Assembly: GCA_012295275.1 (NCBI GenBank)
Contig: CM022672.1
Coordinates: 5,518,001-5,582,000 of the forward strand
Length of the DNA stretch: 64,000 nucleotides
Direction of reading: 5' to 3'
Origin: Chrysomallon squamiferum
Taxonomy: Eukaryota; Animalia; Mollusca
Within the stretch, counting starts at the first letter, position 1, and each line of letters starts with the position of its first letter. The notes below the pieces were generated by a model. That model worked only from the letters and a program-made list of their open reading frames with translations, was not told the origin of the DNA and made no database searches. A program made the translations under genes and the position numbers. This document shows, piece after piece, positions 27,601 to 42,857 of this stretch.

Positions 27601-30187
27601 ATGTTTAATATAAAAATTTATAACAATAATAAATAGTAAAGGTTTTAATAGAAAACTTTTTAACAGCAGTAAAAGCTACAAGATTTAATAGAGAGATTCA
27701 AGTAAGACTAAACAATAAATGCTTTAATATAAAACTTTATAAGAATAGCAAATAGCAACAGTTTTTAAAGAAAACTTTACAACAATGGTAAGCAGTAATA
27801 GTTTTAATAAAGAACTTTATAACAACAGTACAAAGCAAAAGTTTAAATAGAAAACTTTATAACAATAATAAACAGTAACAGTTTTAAACTAAAACTTTAT
27901 AAGAACTCCAAATACCAAGTGTTTTAATACATATGTCATAACACACATGTAAATGATTGACAAGTTAGACACTATAAATAAAAACATTTTACAGGATATA
28001 CTGTTATTAATATTATGGAGAGAAATGTAAATTTTATATAGTAAATGACAATAGTTAGATACATGGGGGTGATAAGAATGAATTTATTTTACAGGTAAGA
28101 AAAGTAAAATTTACACAGTGACTGACTAGTTAGAGAACATGTTCATTGTTTCAGTACTCACTGAGAGATGACCTTCATGGTGCTCGGGAAAATGTTTGAA
28201 GAGGAACTCGGATGCTACCAGCTGTAACACAGTGTCTCCGAGAAACTCCAGCCTCTGGTTGTGACCACTGATAAAAACACAATTTATTAAACAATTAAAC
28301 ATCTGTACACATCATCATCTTGTTGTCATAACAACTGATAACTTTAATATTGTAGAAGTTACATTATTTTCTTATAAAAAAACAGTTTCAGAATACAGGC
28401 TGTAACAAATATGAGGTTACAGTAATAAATCAGGAGTGCATTAAATACACATTATTACACACACCATTGTTAAATATTTAGTAATATTAATAATATTATT
28501 TTTAATAAGTAAATGAAAACAAAACATTTTTATTGAATCATTATTAACTGAAACACTGAAGCATATTTATATTAAAAAAACCCTAAAATTCTACTTTTAG
28601 ATTTTAGATTGATGTTCAGAATGAAGTTTATTGATAATAACAGAAATAATAACACTTACAGTGTAAGAAAATTATAACCAACATTTCTTAATGTGAAAGC
28701 TTTGGCAAGCAGCCGAATATGGTCATATTTGACACCAATAGATTTTTCAAAAACTGCCAGTTTCTGAAACCAAACAGTAACTGTTATTATTATTATTATT
28801 CCAAACACAGTAACAAGAAATATTATTATTTTGTATAATTACAGGAAATTACAAGACACATGTTACTTTATTAATGTCTCCAGTATGATTCAAAGATGAT
28901 TTTTTAAACAAATTCTACTAAATAAACTTACAACATTATTATTTTATTTGTGCAAATAATAAAATCATCTTCACCAATTCTACCTTAACATATCAAGCCA
29001 AATATTAATAAAGAATTCTAACATTTAAGATATTTTTAATAATTATATGACTTACAAATACACACAAAATTACAAACAGTAAATTCATCTGAAGTAAATA
29101 TTTAATACATTTTATCTTCAATCTATTTAGTGAACTGACTTCAGCAAACTAGATAATCTTTAATCACACCAACTGTTAAACAATTAAGTGGATTCAGTTA
29201 GATTATTTAAGCAAATGTTCACAAATGAATTACATTAATTCCAACATTTTCTGAACCAGTCTACTTCAATAGAAACAGTTAAGCTATTGCATTATTTACA
29301 CAAGTTTATTGACTAAATTAACAAAACGTATTTTACCTGTTTGTTTGAAGTATAAACCTACCTGTAAGATAGGACTATTTTCAATCCAGTGGCGGTCACC
29401 ATTGGGTTCATCTTCTTGGAGGGGGTGAAGGGGCAGTTCTGACCAGGTGGACAAAAGTTCATCCTCTTCAAAAAGACAGTGTGTGAAAATCCGATCTGTG
29501 AGTTCAACTCCACCATCCATAAACAGCGCTCCTGTCAGACATTTTAAAAATTCAATACACACAAATGTTGTGGTTTTTTTATTATTTAAATTTAGCATAA
29601 ACACATGTTTAAAACATGACATAAACAGATATATTTAAAACAAAACATAAATAGAAAAAAAAAAACCCACAAAAAACCCCAAGATGTATTTAAAAAGATG
29701 CAAAATGGATGTTTCTAAAATACAATTAAAACATTTTTACACATTTTGTTTCATCTCCACCTATCATTAAAAGCCAAACAAAATATAAGTAGAGGATTGA
29801 AATATGTTTTTAATAATACATTCAGACTACAATTACTGCCTTTAAACATTGTAGAATAACAGCAATTTAAATTACTCAAAACTTTAAACATATATGTTTT
29901 AACAAATTAACATCATAAAGGTGTTTCACAATAATCCAAGATGATGTTTTTTAAAAACTGACATAAATATATTTTTAAACACAACTTAATCAAAAGTTAA
30001 CTGTCTTAATTTTTGCATCCATTAATTTTACAGACAGACAGACAGACAATTACCAATCAAGGCTTCAAAGCAGTTGGCCATGGCATGTTTCAGATCTGAT
30101 TCATGACAAAGATCAGGTCCATGTGCATACAACATGAAATCTTGTAAACGAAGTTTCTGTGAAATAATACTATCAATAATAATAACA

Positions 30188-30222
<35 letters not shown>

Positions 30223-30253
30223 AATACTAATACTAATAATAATAATAATAATA

Positions 30254-30287
<34 letters not shown>

Positions 30288-30788
30288 TTAATAATAATTA
30301 TAATGATAATAATTTTGTAAAAACAACCAAAAAAGAAAATAATAATAATAATGACAATGATGATGATGATAATTGTAACAATAATGATGGTAATGTTAAT
30401 TATGATAATGATGATGATAATAACAAAAATAAAAATCCTGAAAAATATGTTTTTCTGTAAGATTTATTACTCACTGTTAATCTGCACCAAATATACATAA
30501 ATAACTGAACTTACATTTAATAAATCATAGTATAAGTGTTTAACAAATTATGAGACAGTTTTCTTAACTGTTGTTGTATTATCTAAACAGAACAGTGTCA
30601 AGACAAACCTTGGCAAGTATGGAGAGATTCTGGTTCTGAACAATGGCAGTTCTGTAAGTTGACAAACCTCCTTCCTCCAACCAGGGAAACATAAAATACA
30701 GATGAACACTGAAAAATTAAATCATCAATTCAAATTATAGTCAGTATGAGACATTGTTTTAATAAAGATTATATAGTGAGAACATTTT

Positions 30789-30823
<35 letters not shown>

Positions 30824-32124
30824 TTATGGAGATGCCGATAAACAGCATAAATATTCTCTAAGCTGTTGTGTGACTGTTTTATTTAATTTAAGTTAAAATC
30901 TTCATGTGACTTTGATGATATATATTAAGATGTATAAAACAAAATCTGGAGGGTATAAACAGATTTAGGGACAATGTAATTGATACTTATAGATGGCAAA
31001 GATTTTCTGATTTATTTTCTGTAAGACATAATATCACAAATTTACAAGAAAGTATGGAAAATGGCTTCCTACATGTTTCCTTTCACATTTGTTAAATTTA
31101 TATTGCAGGATTATTTTAATATTAGCAAAGATTGATGTCAGGGTTTAATAAAAAGTGAGAAATATTTAGGCTATTTGCTAGGCATGATTCAAAAAATAAA
31201 ATAAAAATGGTAATAATAAAAAAATATACATATTAATAATAACACTAAGAAATGATCTTAATCTTACAAGCTAAAAACGTACTGAATTTATTTGTTAATA
31301 AAATAGAAAACAAAAAAAAAAAAAAAAATTTCAAACTATTGTGACTAACCTAGATAAAAACTCCACAACTGCATCACCAAGGAACTCGAGTCTTTCATTG
31401 TGGGGAATTTTAGATGCTGTTTCTTCAGGTCGACCCTGTCTGGACATTATGTCCATTAGAATGTTAATACCTGCGAGAAATATATAATATATCATTAAAA
31501 AATTTTTTTTTTTTCCAAAGTTTAATATTTAAAAAGTAAAATGAAAATTTGATAAATTACCTAATATTAATTACATACAGATAAAAAAAATTCTGTATTT
31601 TGTGACTGCTGCAAGCAGAAATATCTCACACAAACAGACTGCGTACTGTTCACTCTGTGGTTTTCTGTAGATTAACACATACTGCTCATCAGAAATAATA
31701 AATTACTGAAAATAATAAATTGAGACTAAAATGGCCACTTTACTTTTTTGCTTTTACTTTGAAAAAATATTTGAGAATTCTTTGGTGAAAAAACGTTGTT
31801 TATTAACAAAATATAAAATGCTTATAAATCTTTATAGATATGAAAGCGAGTAAAATTTATAATACTGTATTCCCTCTGTGTAATTTTTTGCCATAAATGA
31901 ATGCAGGAATGACAAGGTTAAATTATGATTGACTGTACCTCTCTTTCTTGTGTGGACAAAGTGAATTTTCCTGTCACCGTATTCCACCTGTCTCATACCA
32001 CAGTTTGTCAGTGAGTTTCGGGCGTGGTCAGGATTTGTTCCATAGTTCACAGTGTATGATGTGTGAGTCAGAGCAAGCTGTAAAAACAATATTTGTCATC
32101 AAATGTAATTTTTAAGTTCAGAGA

Positions 32125-32158
<34 letters not shown>

Positions 32159-33836
32159 TAATAATAATTTTAATAATAATAATTTAATATTTATTATTTT
32201 TATTGTTTTAATTTAATATTTATCATGTTCAAATGTTGTTGTTTTTTAAATTTTATTATTATTATTATTACTTTTTACTAATCTAGCTACTTTTTAGCTT
32301 TAGAATTTTACTTTCCTGACAACACAGGAGCTGAACAGAGTATTTTTAAGTGGTTTCAAAACAAGAGCTCTGGCTTATGATTACAAATTATCAGCGAAGC
32401 AGAAATATTATTACCTGTAAAAGATACCTGTCCTTGAATTTGTACTCAATGTGTTTCTCCATCTCATCCAGACATTTGTGAAATCTTAGATGTCCAAGTA
32501 AAACTGGGAGGAGCATTGCATGCTGAAATAATAATAATGATAATGATGATGATGATTGATAATAACAATAATAAGAAGAAGAAGAAAAAGAAGATAAAGA
32601 AGGGAAATAAAAAATAAATAATGGTAGCAGTAGTAAAATAATAATAATAATAGAATAACAATAATAATAATAGTATGCTTTGAATTTTACATCTATGGGA
32701 AGATGCAAATAAAAATATTTTTCTGCTAATCTGTAAGAATAACTTTAGGAATGGTGACAGTTTTTGTTTCACTTATCATTATTGTACAAGTGACATTTTA
32801 ATTATAAAATAATCTTTAAAGCATTGTAACACAAATACACACCTGACAGATATCAGACTTGAGACCAGTTCTGATAAAACCTTCACTGCTTAGCTCAACT
32901 GTCACTTCTCTCTTCAGAGAGCTGCAAAATACAAATAAAAACAATTTCAAACATCACTATCTCTGCAAATTATGAAAATGAAAAAACTTTGTACTTTACA
33001 TTTTCTGAAATAAATAAAATTAATGCAGCAAAACAATGTTATGGGTTGTTAATTTATGTTACAATTTTATCAATGATATGTAATAAATATTGTAAATATA
33101 CATTAAAAGTAAATAAATTGTATTAAAAAAAAAGACAACCTCTATAGCAGTCTCCACTCATAATGGGTAATTGTATAACATGTAAATTATTACAGAAGTT
33201 TAATTCATTTTATATATTCAGATATAAATTATCTATGAATTTTAAAAGGTATCAAAACATCTTTCTAAACTAAATTGCTTAAAACAGATACTTTAAATTT
33301 ACCATTGTTTTCTTTTACGAAGTTACTTATCAAAGGCTATAGTATATGCTTTCTTTGTCACAGTTCATAATCAATATTTTTGTAGTGGCTCTCAATTTTT
33401 TACTATTAGCACATAATCAGGGTTGTGGTAAGATGATAATATAATAAAATATACTGTTGTGAAAATTAAAAGAAAATGTTTTAAAATTCTATATCTTAAT
33501 AAATATAAAAACTGATTACTTACATTTTCATAATACTGTTTAATTTTTGTTCCTTGGCTTCCAGTTTGAGTTTATCACCGACTGTAACTTTGGCTTTAGA
33601 GTTTAGTAGATGTTTGTACTTCATGTACTGTTTCCATTCCTTCTGATAACTTAAAATAATAATAACAATAATAATAATAATAACAGCAATGACAATGACA
33701 AGAAAAATATATCAGCACCAGTAACAAAAACAAAAATAATAACAGTAAGAACAGTAATGACAATAATAATGGCAATAACACCAACAAGAACAAGAATAAT
33801 AACAATAGCAGTGACAGTAACAAACAAAAAATAAAA

Positions 33837-33874
<38 letters not shown>

Positions 33875-35749
33875 TTATAATAATAATAATATAATAAAAG
33901 CAATAATAATAACATTAACAATAACAACAGAAGTGACAACAACATGAACAACAACAATAATAATTTCTGGTGTTTTATTGTCTATTTTAACTAGTGAAAT
34001 GCCTGGGTATCACATACTTCTACCTCAGTTCAGTACAGAACATGCACTGCTCCTAGTTAGTGAATAATGTATTTCAGTATACTCACACTGGATCACCAGC
34101 ATAACTAAGCTGAGGAGGCCGCACACCAAAGTGAATGATGAGTGGGTACGTGATGACGTCTCTCTGTAACTGCTGTCTGTCCAGCTGATCAATACGAATA
34201 GAACTAGGTTTCTGGAATAACACAACACACAGATAATAAAAGATTCTCTTATTTAACATAAATAATAATTTTTAAAGAAAAAAGAAGAAATACCATAAAA
34301 GATTATATGGATCTATTTAAGATAAAGTATATATTTCAAAGCTTCTAAAAAAATATTTAGTGATGATCAAGACTCTGCTGGATAAATAGAACGAAATCTT
34401 TCCTGATTAATGAAAATATCTTTCTAAGTTATTACTATGTGATGGTAAGTAACAATACAGTTAGACCATTCCTTCCAAATTTTGTGCCTTATGTGACAAT
34501 ACCTTTCCAGAGAAAAGTTTACATATCTTTCCATGACAATACCTTTCCAGAGAAAAGTTTAAATATCTTTCCATGACAATACCTTTCCAGAGAAAAGTTT
34601 ACATATCTTTCCATGACAATACCTTTCCAGAAAAAAGTTTACATATCTTTCCATGACAATACCTTTCCAGAGAAAAGTTTACATATCTTTCCATGACAAA
34701 AGTTTACATATCTTTCCATGACAATACCTTTCCAGAGAAAAGTTTAAATATCTTTCCATGACAATACCTTTCCAGAGAAAAGTTTAAATATCTTTCCATG
34801 ACAATACCTTTCCAGAGAAAAGTTTACATATCTTTCCATGACAATACCTTTCCAGAGAAAAGTTTAAATATCTTTCCATGACAATACCTTTCCAGGTAAA
34901 GTTTAAATACCTTGCCAGGGTAAGTGACAATCATTCCTCTGACTTCATCCACCATGTCTGTCCACTCAGATTCTGAGTATTTCAGCAGAACAGCCAGTTC
35001 TGTTTCTTCTAGCAGTGGTTTGGAACTTTCTAACAGGAAATTAAGCACCTCATTTACAGACAGAATTTCTTTACCATTTTCTGTTAAATAAACAAATAAA
35101 ACAAATTCAATAATTCAACAAATATGATAATAAATTTAAAAAAAAAACAAAAAAAAAATAAGATTAAAAAAAAAAAAAAAAAATACTAGCCATAAATTCT
35201 TTACTGGTAAACAAAAGCAAAATTATATGCAAAGTATCATATCTATATAAATATCAGCTTTTATTTCACATGTTTATATAACATGAACATTGCAGAAGAA
35301 AAAACCAGTAAACTGACTTTCCATGTTTATCAACAGACTTGTTACCAAAATGCCCTTAACAGTTCATCTAAAAGTAAAATAACTGTTAGTTTGTGGATGG
35401 TGACATGATAAGATGATAAATACATGTTACTATGATAAAATCAGTTACTTTTGTTAGACCATTGTAACAGGCTGACAAGATTTACCTGGAAGTGCCCTGG
35501 CAAAGCGAGGCATCAGATGGTATCTTCTACAACCCGTACTTCCATCTTCGATTTTCGGTCCAAACCAGTCAATATCAACAAGTTCGAGGATTTCAGAAAA
35601 CAAAAATTCACTGAACAAATCTATTCCTTGTATGGAGAAATTCTGAGAACAAATGTAAAATAAATAATCGGTTTTATGGACTTCATACTTATAAAGACAA
35701 AAAAAAAAAAAAATAATAATAATAATAATAATAATAAATAATAAATAAG

Positions 35750-35784
<35 letters not shown>

Positions 35785-38700
35785 ATTTCAAAAATAATTG
35801 TTTTTTTATATAAACAATTCATGGATAACTAAGCAAAAGAAAAGTTTTCCAAGAATATACTAATAAAGACTGAACATTTAATACCTCACATGTACTGATA
35901 TCTTTGATATTTGTCTAATATGTAATAATGCAAACTGAACTTTGATATGAACCATTTTAAAGTACTGTTATGTTTATCTGAAATGTGTGTTTACTTCTGT
36001 TATAACAACACAATCAAAGACTGTTTTATTTAAAATTAAATTTAAAAAAAATCTCACCTCAGGAATGTGTTCTTCAAAAAAGTGGATTGTATATTCTATG
36101 TTGAATCTAATAACTTTACAAAGAGGAATCTGAAAAACACCCATGCTTAAACTGTCAAACAGAACATTTCTATTAACTGTCTCTTAAAACATAAACAAAA
36201 AAACCTGTATAAGTGATATGTGATTGTGCTTCTTGCAAATATTATCTTCAGTTGATATTTAACACAAAGAAATCAGTATTTTAAATATTACACAGAAAAA
36301 TAAATTAATTAAATATTCAGCTATATAAAAACTTTTTTGTATTTAATTAATTTATAATGTATTAATATTAAATGATACGAAGTATAAAATTTGTATCGTT
36401 ATTTTAAGTCAACACGTGTTTTTCTCACGTTTTCCAGTTTATAATGCGAAAACAAGGAGAAACCCTCAAAAATGTATTCATGGTTGTCATACTCAATAAC
36501 TGTAGGGCTCTTTGTCTGCAAAAGTCAAAAAATTACAAATAAATAACAAAATTAATACAAGATAACAGACATTTTATCAGGTTCATGTAAAATGGCTTTA
36601 CAAGTGTCATAATTTATACCATTTCATTTTTTAATTTTTTATTATGGATTTTATATTTGATGAATGTGTGTTTTCTATTATATATATATATATACACATA
36701 CATAAATATAGCTTCAAAGTATTCAAAATATATTTAGACTATTTTTTTCTTAAAATGACAAGAACACTTTAAATACTGGTACCAGGTTACTTATCTAACA
36801 AGCTTGGTTCCAGAGGGTGACCTGGATTTCTTGATTTTCCCATATTATAATATATCAGATACTTACAAGTGAGTCAGTGTGTATTAATATGATAAAACGA
36901 TGTACTTACAAGTAAGTTTGTTGATGGTGACATAGTGATACGATAATGATACAACTTGTCCAGGTTGTTACTCCTTGGATTACAGAGTGGAACGGGCTAA
37001 GTAGCAAAAAAAACAAAAACAAGAATATTACTTAAAATTATTTCCAACTAGTGATATTGAACAATGAAAAAGATTTTTTTTTTTTTTTTCATTATTCTGT
37101 GCTCATCTCATTCTGAATTAAACAATTCTGAACACAAGAAATAATAACATGTTACATCAGTTAAGATTACTACATGATTCTGGTCACTATCTTTAGTACT
37201 GGCAATGGTAAAAATATTTAAAATAAATAAATTAAAATATTGGAATGTCATGTAAACTCAATAGCAAATATATAAAATAAACTGTAACTTACTGCTACTC
37301 ATAATGAATGGTTTAAAAAGCTGCTAATGGTAATTATTTTTAAAATTGCTATTTCAAATGAGACCTTTTCTCCTGGGTACAGATTGTGTCTTATTCCACT
37401 TCTCTGTGACTTGAGACTGCACTGACACAGTGGCCCATCGTTCATCTGTAACAAATATTAAAAGTGAAATATCAGAAACATTACCATTCATTTTTAACTA
37501 AATCTTTTTATATTGATTTGATGCATTTGCTCTTTCAGTTTCAAGAATAAAAAAAAAGGATATATATATATAAAAAAATAATAATAATAATAAATAATAA
37601 TTTGTGTTGTAATATGGTTGGCTTAGAATTATTATTATTAAAATGAGTCTCTAAAATGATCAAATTTAGACTGACAAATTATTTTATAAATCTTTTGTAA
37701 CCATAACTACTCCTTACAAGAAATAAATAAATAAATGAAGTAAAGTAAAGTAAAGTAAAGTAAAGTAAAGTAAAGTAAAGTAAAATAAAAAATAAAATTA
37801 AATAAAATTAAATTAAATAAAAAAAAATTTCCACCAAAACATCAACAAACATGTTAACAAAAACAAACAAAAAAATGAAGACAAAAGACAACAACTTTTA
37901 CTAGATGACCATAAATTAAGACAGAAAATTGCAAAAGTTTATAATGATGAACCGTACTTCTCCAGGGTCATTGTACCAGAGTTCATCGTGCATGTGGTAA
38001 GGATGCTGTCGTTTACGATTCAACTCTTCAATCCACCGCGGTGGTGCATTCTCAGCATCCGAATCTGAGTCACTACTACTACTACTGCTGCTCTCTGATT
38101 CTAGAATAAATTTCAAAAAAAAAAAAAATTAAAATAGTAAAAAATGTTTTTAATACATTTACCACTATTTTCTGTTTCTAAAACAAATTAAAAAAATATC
38201 TAAATTAAATATCCAAGTTAAACAGAAAAAGAGTTAACCAAAACTTGACTTAAGAAGATTTAAACAAGAGATTTCAGTTTGGCATTTCAGTGACCAGTCA
38301 ATTAAATTAACTGAAGCACTGACTACACTGGTAACGTTTTATACGTGTAACAATTTAAACTGAAAATACAGAGAACCTGATTCTGAATGATGGTGGTGGT
38401 GGTGGTGATGAATGCGAGGAGGTGGTCGTGGAGGTTTTGGTATTACAGGTTGGTTTGATTTCACTCTCTGAGCACGCTCCACAAGTTCAAATTGAAATCT
38501 GTCTTCAAGGTCGGTCAGTCTTTTGGTCGATGTCAGACAGCCTGTCTGCAAAAATAAAAACACAAAAATTTAACAAATCTGTTCTTTTTTTATTCTTTTA
38601 TTTTTATAAAATGTTATTTAAAAAATTAATGGTAACAAAGGAAAATAAAATCCAGAAAATAAATTCTTGGTAGATAATCTGAAATTATTATCATATGAAA

Positions 38701-41700
38701 TTTCATGTAATTTTCAGATCACATCTACAAGTGGAGTTTTTTTCATAAACTCTTCTTCAAAATGAATTTCTAATAACAATTTCTAATAACAATTATCAGA
38801 TTGGTAAATAACTACTGGTAATATAATCAGCAAACATATATTTGATGTGATTTGATATCTAAGTAAGTAATAGTAATTTTAATTTCAAGTATATTTTGGG
38901 GAAAGTTCTTTTTGTACATTCAGATTCATGGCATTTTCATGATGTTCAGAACATAAACTGAAATATGATTAAACTAAAATTATTAAAATGAACACAATAT
39001 GAATCATCTTTGCACATACATTTCTTCATTGTAAAACTTTAGAAATACATTTTTCTAATTGTCTTGATGAGACAATTCCATATGAAAAAACTATAACCTA
39101 ATAAATTACAAATATTAAAAGAAATATATCATTAACTTTAAAAAAAAAAAAAAAAAAAAAATTAATTATTAAAAGAAACAAATAAACAAAAACTGGAAAA
39201 AAAGAACAGTTCATACAAAGTTTGGACTAACAAAAAAGTAAAAAAATAAATTAAAAAAACCTCTGTGTCTCTTGTGAAATACAGATCAGCAGGAGAGCAG
39301 CGAAGCCAGGCGGTTGAATCATCAGGTTTTGCTGCTTCTGAACTCGACTTCGAAGAACTTTTTTCTGTCGACTTATCTGTGTCTAGGCCTAGTGAGTTGA
39401 TATCTTCATAAGTAACATCATATCGAGCCTGCTTTACATCTCTGCACAAAAATATGTACATATATAGATAATTATTACATACTACAATGATTCACATACA
39501 GTTATATAATTATGTGTGTGTGTGTTTGTATGTGCATGCATGTGGAAACAAAATATTTCATTCACCTGTTATCTCGACCAGAGTTGTGATCTCGTACATG
39601 AGAAAAATTTCGCTTGTTTCTATCAGATCTTGATTCATGTCGCCCTCTGAAAAATATGGTCGAATTTTGATCATTCAGCTAAAACAGACCTTGTAAGTTA
39701 TGTATATGCAAGAATAAAATATGACAATAATTAGGTTTGTGGACAATTAAGTAATAATGCAATCTCTAATCACCAAGCCTGAATCACAATTACATTTAAT
39801 AAATATATCAATAAAACAGTAATTTCAGGTTACCTGTCTCATGAATCTTAAAAAAGCCTTTTCTACCTCTCAAATTTTTGCAAGACCTAGTCTTTTGAAA
39901 AGTGTATTAGTGATGATATCTGTCTGATCATGCGTATATTTCTGTTTAATTTTACCATGATTAAAAAAACCCAACAACAAACAAATGACCTGTTTAATAT
40001 TGTCTGAAAAGGTTTGAATTACACTGCAGAGTCATTACAGCCAAAACATCTGATTTATAATAGCTAAGATACAAAAGAGATAATATTTTTTAATACCTAT
40101 ATCTTCTTTCTTCTTTGTATGGAGATCTGCTTTTCGAATTTTCTGATTCTCCCATTTTACTCTTTTCATTTCTTCTGTCTTTAACATCTGAAATATTTCT
40201 CACTTTACTGTGATGGTCTTGGTTCCTGAACCCATCTTCTTGTCTAGCCACTCGTTTGTCGTCATTTCTGTCTCTTGTTTTGTCACACTCGTGTTTTGAA
40301 TAATTTCTGTTTGAAATCCTTTCCTTGTCTGGTTTCTTCTGATAAGAGCGACCATCTTGATTCCAGTCAGAATTCTTTTCTCTGTCTCTACCAGAGCCTG
40401 GCCTCCTAACTGAATTTCTCTCCTTCTCAGAGTCTGTGTATCTACCTGAGTCTTTGTCTTGCTTTCTCTCTGTGCTGTAGTTTCTGTAATGAGACCTTTG
40501 TCCACCAGAATCTGATCTTGTATATGAATATGAATCACCATGATCACTATCTGATCTGCCATCATCACCAAATCTTCTGTTGTCTCTTGATCTTCCTTTG
40601 TCACCCATCCTTCTGCCTTCGCCTGATATTCTGTTATCACCCAGTCTTCTGTCATCACCAGATCTTCCACTGTCACCTGATCTCCTGAAACTTTGATTTG
40701 GATTTATGTCATTACTCATCATATTATCGCCCAGTCTTGCCATACTATTTCCAGCTCCTCTTGAGTCCATCCCCATCAATGGACAACCTCCCTGAAATGC
40801 TGGAGGCTGTCTGTTCCACTGAGCTGGCATTCCACCTTGAGATGGACCAGCACCTGGTGGAGGTTGTCCAGGAAATCTTGAATTGGCACCTGATCCCCAT
40901 GGCATCATCTGAGGCATAAATGGAGCAGTATTTGGAATAAAACCCATTCTCGGTGTGTTCTGGACCATGTTATTAAAGTTTGTGTTAATCTGTGGTGGAG
41001 CACTGTGTCTTTGATTTGGCATCATTGAGGAGGCAAACCCTTCCTGCCCTGACATGCCTTTGAAGGGTCTCTGTGGAACAGGACCAGATGCTGGAGAACC
41101 ACCATGAAAAGGTACACAATATCCAGGCATTCCTGACACTGGCATTCGTGCATTGTTGAACTGAAATGTACCACACTGCTGCAAATAGAAATAAAAATCT
41201 GTTTGAAATAAATTAAAAATTAAGTTCTACATTTATAAAAATAGTTGAATAAATAAAAGAAAGATCAGAGGCATTATGTCTTTGATGGATTATGGATGCA
41301 GACATTTGTACATTTTCTTTCTGTTTATCAATAATAATAATAATAATAATACAGACACATCAGCGATGTTCCAAAATATTTGGTTCAAACTCTTTCTGTT
41401 CCAGATTTTCTACACTCCAAAAGCTGTCATATAATAATTCAACAAAACACCTCTAAGCAACTAAATATAAACCTCCCTTGTCTCTAAAGCATCATGCACT
41501 GCTAGAAATTTCAATTAAACTAATATTAAATGTAAATATTTTAGAATAAATGGTATAAGTATATTAGTATCAGGAAAATCAGATTATTTGTTACAAATTA
41601 ATTTCAAAAGCTCAGTATCAATTTTTTCAGATGCTATTAGACCATCAGTATCTTTCACTATGATACTGCAATCCAATCTTGATAGATATGTTCAGGTTGC

Positions 41701-42498
41701 AGATGCTTCATTGTGAAATTTGGAAGTTAAAAAATAGAGCTATACCCCCATTTTTGCTTGGTTAAGGGATTCCAGCCAAAACAAATTTTGGTTGTTCAAA
41801 TATAAATATAAAAGCAATGATTTTTTTTTTTTTTTTTTTAAATTATAATATTATAAAAATCTATTTTAGCATAAGCTGTCATTTTTAATTTTAGTCATCT
41901 TCTTTCAAAATAATTCTTTCATCACCATTTCTACAATCTGTTTCTCATGACAGTACTCTGCTTTTACAATAAAATATTTTGAAATTCCATCATATTATTT
42001 ATTATTATTAATATTATTCATTTATTTATTTATTTACTTATTATCAGCTTCTTGATCTGCACTTGCAGATTCACCTTAAATTCTAACATTGTACAGGCTA
42101 GTATGTCTTTTGAAGTGTTCAAATCTGTCAGAGGTACCAATAAAAGCTCTTTAATCTACTACTTCATTGTCTCCTTTCCAAAGCAGAACATTTCAAAGCT
42201 GTTTAAGGTTTTAATTTTTGCAGTTTCTTTCATGTATTGTGTGAAGCTAAATTTATTTTGTGATAAAAAAAAAATAAAGAAAGAAAAATAGCAATTTAAA
42301 GACTGTGTTGATATGAAAAACGTATTAACTGAAACTGTGTAAATCACTGAAGTACACACTACACTACACCCGATCTGATCCCCTCTCTGATTCGTATGGA
42401 ATATTTTATGTGTCTGTTACAGCTCCAATATTTTACATACATCACATTTTCGTTTTCTTTATCACACTTTTTTTTTTTTCTTTTTTTTTTTTACAGTT

Positions 42499-42538
<40 letters not shown>

Positions 42539-42857
42539 GTTATTATTATTCTTATTATTCTTCGATGATACAGTTTGCTGTTATAAAATTTTTACTGTAC
42601 AGTGGCTGCGTGTACACCAACCATGCTTTATATTTATTTTATGACCAATTCTACAGTTTATTTATTTATTGTCTTCTTCGTTGATATATCCTGCTCTCTG
42701 TTTTGTACATTCACTATTTGTAACAATTATTATTATGACAATCATATTCAACAACACTGTACAGTTTGTTAAATTTTGTAGCTTGTTTAATTATTTTTAC
42801 CCTTGGAGCTGGCCCTCTAAGTGGTAACTGAGAACGTTGTTGATCTCCTGGCCTCAT
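24686..42857 (-). CDS. DROSHA: Drosha (ribonuclease III, Microprocessor), ~27 exons, from a probable first coding exon 42857-42801 and large exon 41178-40097 to the last exon 24840-24686
   Basis: Pro-rich then Arg/Ser/Asp-rich N-terminus. Central domain: [64 protein letters not shown]. RIIIa [15 protein letters not shown]...[10 protein letters not shown]; RIIIb [15 protein letters not shown]...KADLLEAFLG; ds[19 protein letters not shown]. The start exon assignment is less certain. Confidence 0.96.
25983..26330. repeat. 37-bp minisatellite (~9 copies) duplicating a Drosha exon end plus its splice donor
   Basis: Unit TTATAAACAGGATTGTGATATACTGGTATTAACTTAC. Confidence 0.95.
26655..26830 (-). mobile_element. 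3' fragment of a CR1/L2-clade LINE
   Basis: Minus strand reads [34 protein letters not shown], the typical CR1/L2 ORF2 C-terminal motif. Confidence 0.65.
27370..27930. repeat. Degenerate ~35-bp tandem repeat next to a Drosha acceptor site
   Basis: Recurrent AAACTTTATAACAATAATAAATAGTAATAGTTTTAATAG-like units. Confidence 0.75.
30170..30430. repeat. (AAT)n/(GAT)n microsatellite tract, representative of many AAT, GT and poly-A tracts (e.g. 872-928, 15605-15740, 33655-33960, 63785-63845)
   Basis: Directly visible simple repeats. Confidence 0.9.
34494..34915. repeat. 40-bp minisatellite (~10 copies) starting at a Drosha splice donor
   Basis: Unit ACCTTTCCAGAGAAAAGTTTACATATCTTTCCATGACAAT, with one internally deleted copy near 34690. 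Confidence 0.95.

Noticed and set aside
30134-33957. Poly-I/N/L/Y ORFs in the ORF track (30134-30460, 32391-32772, 33596-33957)
   Set aside because: These are translations of AAT-type microsatellites, apart from embedded true Drosha exons.
41640-42260. Possible RTE-type LINE remnant on the minus strand (LNSFEMFCF; WNP-like motif)
   Set aside because: Similarity is too short and degraded to support without a search.
14856-42857. Ro60 and Drosha as a functional RNA-processing cluster, or an adjacent Y RNA gene
   Set aside because: They are separated by V-ATPase G, and proximity alone is not evidence in an animal genome. I could not recognise a Y RNA, tRNA or pre-miRNA by eye.
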